Positions 25,401 to 37,400 of a DNA stretch of 64,000 nucleotides are shown in pieces. The stretch spans positions 186,001-250,000 of the forward strand of contig NW_015168659.1 in NCBI RefSeq assembly GCF_001447785.1. Reading direction: 5' to 3'. The notes below the pieces were generated by a model, which saw nothing but the letters and a program-made list of their open reading frames with translations, ran no database searches and was not told the DNA's origin. The position numbers and the translations under genes were made by a program. The DNA is from Gekko japonicus (taxonomy: Eukaryota). Each line of letters starts with the position of its first letter. Position 1 is the first letter of the stretch.

Positions 25401-28400
25401 CTTTATGCTTTCAGCAGCAAGCAGCAAGTCCTCAGTAACTGACTTTTTTGTTGCTATTTTTTCCATTTTAGCTTATTTTACTAGTAGAATAAAATCAATA
25501 GAATCTTTTTTATATTTTACATTATATTGTTTTTAGGCAGTTGTACAGAAAAGTAACTAATGTAAATAAACAAATATTAAACCAATAATGTAATAATGAA
25601 GAAATCAATTGCCATACATTCATGCAGAAACCATCCCTTAGATGTTGACCTTGCATAGGTAGCTATTCTCCTCCATTTTATCCTCATAGTAGGTACTCTG
25701 TAGGTTAGCCTGAGAGCATGTGACTGCTCCAAGGTCACCCAACAAGCTTCTATCAGAGTGGGGATTCAAACCCAGATCTCCCTAGGCTGAATTGGACATT
25801 CTAACCACTACACTACATTGGCTCTCATTATTCTTGCAGTCCAGTGTAATTATATAGAGTACAGATAGAGCTAATGTTCTAGTGGTGGAAAGGGAGGTGG
25901 GTTTGATGGGTAGTAACCATGCAAGTTTGTAAAAGATATACTCTTTATCCAGTGAATGGAAAATGGGCTCCATGGTCCAGCTGGACTGCCTGTACAGTAT
26001 CCTGTGGAAGTGGCACTCGACAGAGAACAAGAGACTGCTCCGATCCACTTCCACAGTATGGCGGACACAAATGTGAAGGAAATGACATACAGATAGACTT
26101 TTGTAACAGTGACTTGTGCCCTGGTAAGTACTTTTAGGTTCAGAGCCAATGAATTGCGGAGGAGGTTTACAAAGCAGAGACACCTATTGGTCTTTACCTG
26201 GTGCCAGACAGAAGCCAAATCAAATGATAGCGCCCATGCTGTATTTTTGGGGATTAGAACACTAATTTCTAGAAGGTTCTCTGCTAACCTATTTCCAGTT
26301 GTTAAATCAGTTACAGAAATGGCACTCAAATATGTTTCATTAATATGCACACACCCAAGAGTTAGTTTATATTGCAATGTTTTATAACATGGCTGAACTG
26401 AAAGGGGGAAGAGTGGGGCTGCATACAGTTCTCAGAGGAAAGATGCTGATTGGTCAGAGCATTCCCTTTCTATGGCAGTGGCTATCATAAGCTCACATAA
26501 CTCCTACTTTTATCAGCGAAATCTTTCCATAGTGTATTGCAGTAACATTATTCAGTTTAACCCCAGAAATACTTTCTGTCAGTATTGCAGTTGTGGACAG
26601 AGGAGTCTATCCACATCATTCATCTACAAAAGGGGTTTACATACAAAAGCCACATGGCTTACATACAAAAGGAGCAAGGCTACATGCAATATGAAAAGCA
26701 TCTTAAATTTCCCACCCTGATGTAAAGCACATATGAACTGGAGTACAAAGCAATATGTCTTCCATAACATACATATTTTCTTTTGCAAGGGGCAAAATTA
26801 TTCATTTGGACTTTCCAGTGTCTGTTGTGTCCTCAGGCAGTAAATATTACTTATTCAAAATGTTCTGTTTCAAGTTCACGGTAACTGGGGTCCCTGGAGC
26901 AATTGGGGAACTTGCAGCCGAACATGTAATGGTGGTCAGATGAGGAGATACCGGACTTGTGACAATCCTCGTCCATTCAATGGAGGGAGAGCCTGCATGG
27001 GTGCTGATACACAGATACAGAGATGTAATATAGAGCTATGTCCTGGTAAGTTACCATGATACATATAGGGCTACTACATGCATACATGTGAAGCAATAAA
27101 CATTAACAATTTACGATGATAAGCAAAATAGCAGACCCTTCAGAGAAAGTCCTCTTTAACTCTTTGTAGGCACCATCAGGCCTGATAGATCTTAAATGTT
27201 AAGGTCTCTACCATTGGGTTATTATCCTTTTGTGGCCCAAACTGCATGATCACAGACCTATGTCTTCAAATGTGGAACAGTCCCAGTTATGTCTAAATGT
27301 CACATGACTGGAAAAGGAGCCAGAGTTTCTGAATCTCCCAGTGTTATATTTTCTCTAATGCTGAGTAGCATCATTTTGCCATTCTGCTGCTGCTTTCAAT
27401 GAGTGTGCAAAGAGAGGTGGAATATATAGCACCCTTGCTCCATGCAACCGGTGTCTTAGCAGCAGGTACTAAGTGGCAACTCTATAGAAGCTTGTCACCC
27501 AGTAAATGGGACACGCTGTGACTGACCTGAGGGTCTAGACCCATTTCAGCAGCCCATCTCCCTCTAATACCTGTTGTTAGCAATGGGGATTCCAGTTTTA
27601 GCCCAAAGTTACCTATAACATTTAGATGATACCTATACATTTGTTGTTCATTCATGTTATTAAGGGTGAATGTCAGAATCAATGGTGACATAGTTAATTC
27701 CTGTCTCAACCAACTCTGTGCACTGGTTTACAGTGGATGGTAACTGGGGTCCATGGCAACCTTGGAGCACATGTTCTGCATCTTGTGGAAGGGGCAAGCA
27801 GACACGTTCACGTCTGTGCAACAACCCATCCCCATCTGACAGTGGACGTCCTTGCCCTGGAGACAGCTCACAGATATCCAGGTGTAACATCCTAACTTGT
27901 CCAGGTAGGCAAACCCAAGACTCACAATTGCAGAGAAACAAACAAGAAAGGGAAAAAATACTGTTCATTCAACAGTATCTGGCTTAGGACATTCTGCCAT
28001 GCAGAGGTGTCTTGAATCAAAGGTACCATTGCACAATAATCTGATAATTGTTTTTCAAGAGACTTCTCTTACTCTTTCTTCATTATTTATTTAATTTATT
28101 AGTTATGCTTCACCTTTCCCCTTGTGGCTCAAGGCAGCTAACAATTCGAAGGCTAAAACAATACAAATGTACAGTAAACACCCTATTATTTGTTCATTCC
28201 CATCATCAGATATGAGTCAGAATGGGGATCCCTGAGTCCTTCTATCCCAGTCAGAAGGTGGGAGGAGTCTTGCAAAGAAGGAACTCAGGATACAGAGGTA
28301 CAAGGCACATAGTTATCAGTTTGATTAGAGCAGAGGGGAAATGCTCAGGGATTTGGTTGTTAATCCTAAGCCGGGTTCCATCTCCTCCCTGCCTGCCATA

Positions 28401-31400
28401 CAGAGCAGCTGGCTGTGTTGAGAGGAGGAGCGACTCTTTCAGCCTGTGAGGATGGGCACTGCTGATGGGGAAAGGGAAGATAAGTACATACATTGTTGCT
28501 ACCACCATAGATTGGTGCATGCGCTACTGCCTCTGCTGCAGAAGTGGTGGATGGGGAAATGCATTGCTGCCATTGAGGAGGATGTGGGTGCCTCACGGCT
28601 GCTGTGCATATGTCAGGTGCAAGGAGCCCCCCAGCTAGCAGTGGGGCCTGCGGGTCCCCCAACTGGCTTGACTCTTTGAAACCCTGGAACACCACTAACA
28701 GAATAAATAGACAGTACTGGCCAGGATAGATCATTTCGAGGGGCCTCGCATCTTTAAAGCAGGGGAAGCTCAGCAATGCTGCAGCAAACTCCCATTTTTG
28801 GTGTTCTGAGCATATTCTTGATGTTGGCCTTTCTAAAAGTAAACAAATAAATCTCAGGAAGAGTCTGTTAGTTGATTCTTACCAGTTCGTCCTCTCAGAG
28901 AGCCTCTGCCTGTCAGTGGAGATACGACAGGGCTGGAGGACCGATGGTCTGATTCTGTATAAGACAGCTTCATAGATTATTCCATTACGAATTTGGAAAT
29001 GGCAGATTTCTGCAAATGAATACAGCCATTCATCATTTGGGAAGGCTGGAAATTGTTAAAAATGCAGTGTGATGCAAGGGAAGTTACTTGTAGTTCTCTG
29101 AACCTGAAAGTGTACAAATATGTAGAAATCTGATTAAATGTTGTGAAAACATTTTTTTAAAGCACACACATAGAGATGTCTGTGCTGTTTGCAACACTTG
29201 CTATATTTTAAGTTGTTATTTCCTTAAATGTGGCACCGGAACACAGAGGTCTGATGTGTCAGTATGATTAATATACTCTGGTGTTTCTGGCCAGGAGCCT
29301 AACCAAATAACTGCATAGTGCCTGCCTGAATTCCCCAAGTAGTTTGTTCTGTTTCTTTTTTCTGTGATCATTTGTTGTGTTAACGTGGTTTGTGGAGTTA
29401 AGCAATAATTGCTCTTTTCACTCAGAGGACTCTTCATCTGATAAAACAGTTCTGGGTATGTCTCTGGGGATATGTGTCCTGGGATAAGCCTGATAACGTT
29501 ATCATTTAGGTGTGCTGTTTCATGTTATGTTTTGTTAATCAGAGAAGGCCCTGTGATCACATTACAGCTCTGAGTGTGAGCAATAACACCTTTTCCCCTT
29601 CGAAATATTGCAAACTAAGAGTTTTTACAGATCCCCTCCTTCCCTGGCAATAGGTGGGCCTCCACGCGCTAGAGGAAGTGTCATTGGCAATATTAACGAT
29701 GTTGAGTTTGGAATAGCTTTCCTGAACGCCACCATAATAGATCATCCAGATCTGGACACACAAAGAATACAAGCCAAGATTACAAATATTCCTCGAAGCC
29801 TTGGTAAGTCTGTTTCTTTGGTACTTAAAGGGTTTTTTTTAGGTTTGTCAAACTTCCACACATTTATTCAATTGAAATAGTAATTTAGTGTTGGTAAGAA
29901 CGGTCCATATTAAACCACCGTGCGCCACCTTTTGTGTTTATTTTGTGGGCACATCCTTACAAGCTCCTCTTATGTCTGAACATGACATACAAATTAGTTG
30001 TCTGAATGGCAAGACATATACTTGTCCAGAAATAAGACCAATGAAATATGAGATTGAGTTTGTATGATGTGATAGTCATGGTGCATGTCAATTTTTCAAA
30101 GAGGGTATGATGAACATGAATGCTGTCATATTCTAGAATGGCAGTAAGGAAACCTAGAGAGTAGATAGACTTTTCTTCAGAAAACTGATTTATGATTTGC
30201 ACTGCAGGTGTCATAAAAATATTTGATTGGTTGCTGTTGGTAACTGTCACAATCCTCACTCATCAGAGCCTGATGGAGCACAGCCCTGGCCTTTATGTGA
30301 GACGTCTGCTAGATGCTACCAAGCCCCACCACCTCAGTAGAGCAAATGCTTTCCTTATCACAGGCTGTGTCTATTAGGTATTGAGACGAGGCAGCTCTTT
30401 TCACAGTAACATTGAACTTCCAAACCAAAGACACAGACTCAACAGGAACCAATTTATATTCGTAGAAACCACGGCTACCTTAAACAACAACCAATACCAA
30501 GTAGGCAGCTAGGATCCTTCATTTGCATGAACCATATGCAAAGTAACTATTGAGAGTGCAGCTATTGGATTATAAGCAACAAATATGATTGGCCGTTACC
30601 GGCAACACAACCAATAGCCTTGAAGGCCTTTGGAGCCTTCGCTCAGACCCAAGCTCCATCAGTACATAACAGTGTCCATAGTAGCAGATGTTGCCTCACA
30701 CCTCTCCCTTGTATTCAAAGGCCTTGGCTTGGGTGATCAAAACCCCTGCTTCTTCTCCTTCTCTCAGTGCCTCTTCCCCCACTGTGCCAGTTGAAGGCAT
30801 TTGAGGAGACTCCCTTCTCCCTGGAGAGTAGCCAGGGAGTGCCCGTGGTTGCACCTACCAATCTACTCCTGGATGCCTCGGGAGCAGCTGGGATGGTTTC
30901 TCTGAGGCTCTTGGAGGCTGCATGCCATAGTAACAAAAGAGGAAGTTTATAAAAATGTCACGTGATGATCTAAACCACCTTAGAGACATTCTGGAAGGCA
31001 AAATTGAAGGATATCACCAAAAATAGTTATTTTGCTTTTATGCTTATCCTTTTGGCCCTCCAGGTCCAGTGATGAAAGCACTAGTTTCTATTGTAAGTCC
31101 TATTTATTGGACCACTGCCAAGGAAATTGGAGAGGCCTTGAATGGGTTTTCACTTACCAATGCTGTTTTCAAGAGAGAGACACAAGTGGAATTTGCAACA
31201 GGTTAGTCAAAACTGAGATACAGGTTTCTACTTTGCATGGCTAATGAACAAGGTTTGTTCAAAACTATTTACTACATATTGAGTTTGGGTTCTGGAGCGG
31301 ATCAGAAGGGGCAGGGGTAGTGGAGTAAAGATCACACCTTTCTATTACTTCTGGAGCGGATCAGAAGGGGCAGGGGTAGTGGAGTAAAGATCACACCTAT

Positions 31401-34400
31401 CTATTACTTCTGAGCACCACTGACTGCAAGAGCACCAGGAAATAGATTTTTAAAACACAACTTCAACATTTTTTTGGGGGGGTGAAAGTCTTGTAACCAC
31501 TGTCACTTGTCCACTCCAAGAGGGTGACTATAAAGAAGTCTAAACGAAAATTTAAATAGTTTGTTGCTTAATTAATTTCAAATCTAGGGCTGCTGATGGA
31601 AAATCTGCGTGACCAATTAGAACTATTCTTACAATTCACAGGGGAAATTTTACGAATGACTCACATTGCTCGCGGCTTGGACCCAGACGGTTCTTTGCTC
31701 TTAGACGTTGTTGTCAGTGGCTATGTACTACAGCTACAGTCTTCAGCTGAAGTTAATGTAAAGGTAAATCACTTAAAGAAATTGATGCAATCCTAAACCT
31801 TTCATATAGTTAGTGAACTTGAGTGGCTGGCATTATATCCTGGTCCTATAAGAGAAGTCATATAAGGGGCAGAAGTACTGGAGGCATGAACTTGATATAG
31901 AATTACACTGTTAGTGCATTATATGACACACATGATACGTGATACCACTTTTGTAGGCATTTAAGAGCTCCTGTAGGTAAGGTCCTCTTTGATGATTGTT
32001 GACTCAGTTGGTCATGATTCGGCTCTAGCCATTTAAATTGCCTTCTTTGCACCATGCTGATACCCTTGTTTCTTTCTCTTACTCTTAACACTTCCATTTC
32101 TGAAAAGCCCTTTTCTTTTCTTCTGCCACTGCAGAAAGTTATGGGTTGCCTCCATTTTGAGCATAGTCCTCTGCTTCCCAAAGGGAGTGCTTTCAGCTGC
32201 CAGCCAAATGGATTAATGTCACAACTTTGCCTGCAGAACAGATTTAGAGTCCAGTGGCACCTTTAAGACCAACAAAGTTGTATTCAAGGTATGAGCTTTC
32301 ATGTGTACACACACTTTCAGATTTCGTGTGTGTGCACACAAAAACTCATCCTTTCAATAAAACTTTGTTGGTCTTAAAGGTGCCACTGGACTCTAAATCT
32401 TTTCTACTGCTTCAGACCAACATGGCTGACCACCTGGATCTAACTTTGCCTGCAGTTTAAGAGGTAGTTTGGGGGTCATGTAGCACAGGCAGTGAGTTAA
32501 TCTTAAGTATCCTGTCATTCCATTCTGTGAGTCCACATTGCGTTTGCTGGATAGAGATGGTGGGAATCTGGGACCCAGTAATCTCCAGGGCTATTTTTGG
32601 GCAGGAATNNNNNNNNNNNNNNGAATGCACAGGAATGGAGTTCCGGCTGGCTTCAAAGTTGGCCACGCCCAGCAGGAACTCATTAGCATAATAGGCCACA
32701 CCCAACAGCAGAAACTCATTCGGATTGGCTACATTAGGGGTGTGGCCTAACATGCAAAGGAGTTCCTTCCGCAAAAAAAGCCCTGGGTTTTGACAACAAA
32801 CAAGGTAAACAGAATAAGATGCAAAAGGTGGGTGTGGCTGGATGAGCTCACTTCTGGTAACATGGGGGTGTAGCCTAATATGCCAATGAGCTGTGCTGTC
32901 AGGGGTGTGGCCTAATATGCTAATGAGTTCCTGCTGGGCTTTTTCTACAAAAAAAGCCCTGGTAATATTCAAAATGAGAAGGTAAAAAAATATTGAGAAG
33001 AGGCAGTGCAACAAGGTGATACAATGGCATTCTGAAGGTGTGTTTCCACCTCTATTGTCCGTAAGTAGTAGTCGGTGCTGGCCGTAACTTTAGCTGTCCA
33101 TTATTTCACTTTTGGACTGTTCACCAGTTTTGTCCTGTACTTCACTGCTGAAGGGTAAATGTGCTCAGAATGTAGAGTTATAAGGAGATAATTGTAGGCA
33201 GGACTATTGCCAAAACAAAAAGGGTATTTGTTGGACACAATACGAATTTCATGCATCAGCTACAGGGACAATAAATAAAATCAAACATTTTACCTTTTTT
33301 AAATTCTAAAATGTTTTATATGGGGGGAGTAGCATTTTTGTTTCTCATTGAAGCTCCAATATCAAATCATTTGTTCCATTATGATGCCGACTGATCCTTG
33401 TTTCGATCCTTTTTTTTCAAAGTGGAATGATTTAAAGAAATAAACTTTGATATCTTACATTAATTGCAAGCATTTGTAAGGAATCTTATACTGATAACTG
33501 TGTATTCCTGCGTATTAGACAGTGTTATATGAAGCCTGGGGAGTAACCTATTGTCCCATTAATGCCCCCTGGATCTGAAGTTCATTTATTCTATGATATT
33601 TATTTCAGGATTATACAGAAGATTACATTCAAACAGGCCCGGGTCAGCTCTATGCTTACTCCACACGACTGTTCACCATAGACGGAGTTAGTGTCCCTTA
33701 TACATGGAACCATACCATTACATATGATCAGGATCGTGGAAGAATGCCCTTCTTGGTGGAAACACTCCAAGTTTCCTTCATTGAAACAGAATATAATCTA
33801 CTTGAAGAAACTCTAACTTTTAAAATCCGAGCTTCAATTACAAAAGGTATTTGGGGCAAACAGTACATTTAAGGTTTATTCAAAGATATACCTTTATTGT
33901 CATGTTCTCTGGAATGACTTAGATTTCAACTTAGCCCCCTATACTGGGATTAATGGACATGATGTGAATACTTTAAATTTGACTAGAAGATTAATTTGTT
34001 AAAGCTCAATCAAAGAAAAGGTTTTACTTAACTTCTGAAAGATGCTCAAGGTTGGTCTTTGGCATGTTTCTGGGGAAAGGAATTTCCATAGTTGTGAAAC
34101 AGACATTGAAAATATTTAGATAATTACGTTATAAGAGGGTCAATGAGAAAAAACCCATAGCATTAAAGTGTAGTAAACAGGAGAGAAGAATCTTCTTTTG
34201 ACAATTAAAAAAACAAACAAACCCTGAAATATATTAGATATGCATTTGCCCCTTTCACCAGAGCTTTAGCTTTGCAGATGTAACAAGCTTATTTTTAATT
34301 TTGGACTCAGTTTGGTGTAGTGGTTAGGAGTGCGGACTCTAATCTGGGAGAACTGGGCTTGATTCCCCACTCCTTCTCATGCAGCTGCTGGTGTGACCTT

Positions 34401-37400
34401 CGGTCAGTCATAAATTCTCTCAGAACTGTTCTCTCAAGGGCAGTTCTCAAGGGAGCTCTCTTAGCCCCACCTACCTCACAGAGTGTCTGTTGTAGGGAAG
34501 GCAAAGGGATTGTAAGATGCTCTGAGACTTCTTCTGGTAGTGAAGGGCAGGGTATAAATCCAATCTCCTCTCTTCCTCCTCATTGAGGGCAGTACATTTT
34601 CCCATAAATATTTGTTTAGTATTGGATGGAAAAATTTTCAACCAAGATGCACAGTAGTCCATTGAAGAACTTATGAAAAGGCATGTGATGATCACATTCC
34701 ATGAATCTGAATAACCTTTGACTTTGTTTATCCCCAGGAGACCATAGTAACCAATGTCCTAATGGGTTTGGTTTGGACTCTACTGGGCCCTATTGCTCAG
34801 GTAAGAAAATGACCAGTAGTTTGACTAGATACTATGAATGCCATATTGCCCCTCCTCAGATCTGAAACTTCCTGCCCAATAAGGCATTGTGCAGCACACA
34901 TTACCCTTCCTACTTCTTCATCTGCTCTGTTTGGTTTTATTTGAGTGGGATATTACAACTGGTGGATATATTGCCCATAAACAGTTGTCTTGTTCAGAAA
35001 CTACTGCATCTGACAATTAGACAATCCAACTGTGGAAGAACTGGAAAAAATATTGGAGTATGCACTTAGAAATTATAAAAGTTTAGAAGCATAATTGAAT
35101 TCTGTTCTTATATTTTAATACTTGGAGGGGGTCAGTCCATGTTAAAATGCTTTTCTAGAACTATAAGGACGTTTTTAAAATTAACAAATTAGGGATTATA
35201 AAGATTCCTACATATAAGGGGTAGGTGAATCGAGATTGAATTTGAATTGTGAATTAATTGAAACTTGTTTTTCCTTGCCGCTGATTGTTTACTATTTTTG
35301 AACTGAACTCCGTAGCCCATGGGAATGTGACAGAGTTTTTGTGCTGGTGTTTTTTTAAGGAAGGAAGTTGTAACTCCTAGACACCTATTTATATCCTTAA
35401 TGCTGCATGTGGCACGCTTATATATTAAACTATATTGTGAGAATGATAAACTGACTTTATTTTGGATTGTGTCTATTGTTAGATGAAGATGAATGTACAT
35501 CCCAAAATCCATGTTCCCACACATGCCACAATGCAATAGGAACCTATTATTGCTCATGTCCAAAAGGCCTTACCATATCTGCAGATGGAAGAGCATGCCA
35601 AGGTAAGCATCATTTCAGATTTAATGCAGTAGCCGGATTAGAGGTGAATTAGAACCCACAATGGTCACAATGTAACCCTGATTTAAGATAACTGGAAGCC
35701 ACTGGCTTAAAACTGGATCAGACTTTCTGGCTATATTTGTGTATTGTACCATGTATTTCTGTAATCCATGTTATATTGATGTATGACCACACTTATGGCA
35801 TCTACTTTATTACAGACATTGATGAATGTGCCTTAGGGAGGCTTTCCTGCCAGGCTGGCCAAGACTGTGAGAATGTCATTGCCTCCTATCGCTGTGTGGT
35901 TAGATGTGGAATTGGCTTCAGAAGAACATCAGATGGTCTGAGTTGCCAAGGTGTGGAGATAATTTTAATCCAACAACAACAACACTTATTCAGTAAGAAG
36001 AGGTTACTGACCTGGGTGGCCCAGGCTAGCCTGATCTCGTAGGATCTTGGAAGCTAAGCAGGGTGGGCTCTGGTTAGTGTTTGGATGAGAGACCACCAAG
36101 GAAGTCAGAGGTCACTACACAGAGACAAGCAATGGCAAAACACCTCTGGATGTCTTCTGCCTTGAAAACCCTACAGGGTTGCCATAAATTGGCTGCAACT
36201 CAGCGGCACTTTCCACCATCAGTGAAGAGGGTACCTTAGTTGACCTTAGCATAAGGACAGGATGGATCACTAAATGTCACTGAGATTTCACCTGCACATG
36301 TTAAGTTTTCTTCAGTTTCCAAATGCCCAGTCTTCAGATGGGTGTTGAGTGAAGGATCATGAGTTCCCTTGATGTACATCATGTACCCATGATCTGACAT
36401 GTCAGGTATATCATGTAGGTTGGCCCTAACAGGTATTATTACCCAAAGAGGCAGTCTCCACTTAAATTGGGAGAATTAGCTAAAGAAAACAGAGCAAGAG
36501 ATGGGTAACTGGGATCTCCACCTATGTATACCAGGATTTTTCCCTTTAAGAGATCTCTCAAAATAAACCAGGCAGGTGTTTGACAGGAAAGGATTTTATT
36601 AAAAAGGAAATGGAAATAAAAAAACACACACACACACACTGAAACACACACAAGAACTAACTAAAACAGAGCCAGATGGGGTAGCTAAAACAGAGCTGGC
36701 TGAGACTGAATCCTTCTCAGACAGAGGTTCTGTGGCTGGAGGACTTTGGGGCAGGGTGTCAGCTCCCGGCTCTTGATGGTGTGCCCTTGAGACTGCTTTT
36801 TACTTGTGAATACTGTGGCAACACAATCAAAGAAGGAAATTTTTGGACCACAAGTTTATTTTATAATCACTGGGCTAGTGATTGCACCTTAAAGGTCTTG
36901 TGTGCATATTTACCCTGTGCCTGGTGATTTTACTTTTGAACAATTTATTTAATGGTCCTGATTGAATCTATACTTTGTATATATGTCACTGTTTAATCAA
37001 GGGTAATGGGTGAAGGGGAAGTTGGGCTTGGATGTTGATGGGATTATACTGAGTAAGTCCTGGGTGACCCGTTGTTCTAAAGTCAGCCAGCCGCTCTGAC
37101 TCGCACCTTGAAACTGATTCCCCAGGTTGATGCCTGGCTGGCATCCATCTTGATCCTTTTTGGCTCAAGCAGTGCCCTGCACTTAAGGTATTATGGTGAT
37201 ACTAATAAGGGTGTTTCTGGCTCTTTTAAACTGCCCCTCAGCGGGAAGAGGGGTCTGATTGCTAACAGTATTACTGGGCTGTAGTGTGAAGAAAAAAAAC
37301 TAAACTGTGTCTTTATTACGCAACAGATGTTAATGAATGCCAAGATTCCAGTCCCTGTCATCAGCGCTGCTTCAACACCATTGGAAGTTTCCACTGTGGA

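Noticed and set aside
20108-27904. Six regularly sized 171-nt repeats
   Set aside because: The known one-exon-per-TSP1-domain structure of hemicentin; not novel and not a CRISPR-like array.
30245-30935. Possible solo or nested LTR (TG...CA ends); a similar stretch lies at ~36440-37200
   Set aside because: No matching TSD and no second copy in the window, so I cannot support the boundaries.
34735-34740. NAGNAG tandem acceptors (CAGGAG here; GAGCAG at 42737-42742)
   Set aside because: GAG is rarely used as an acceptor; no evidence of use.
36030-36100. 5S rRNA gene
   Set aside because: Partial, diverged and fused to a retroposon tail, so a SINE rather than an rRNA gene.
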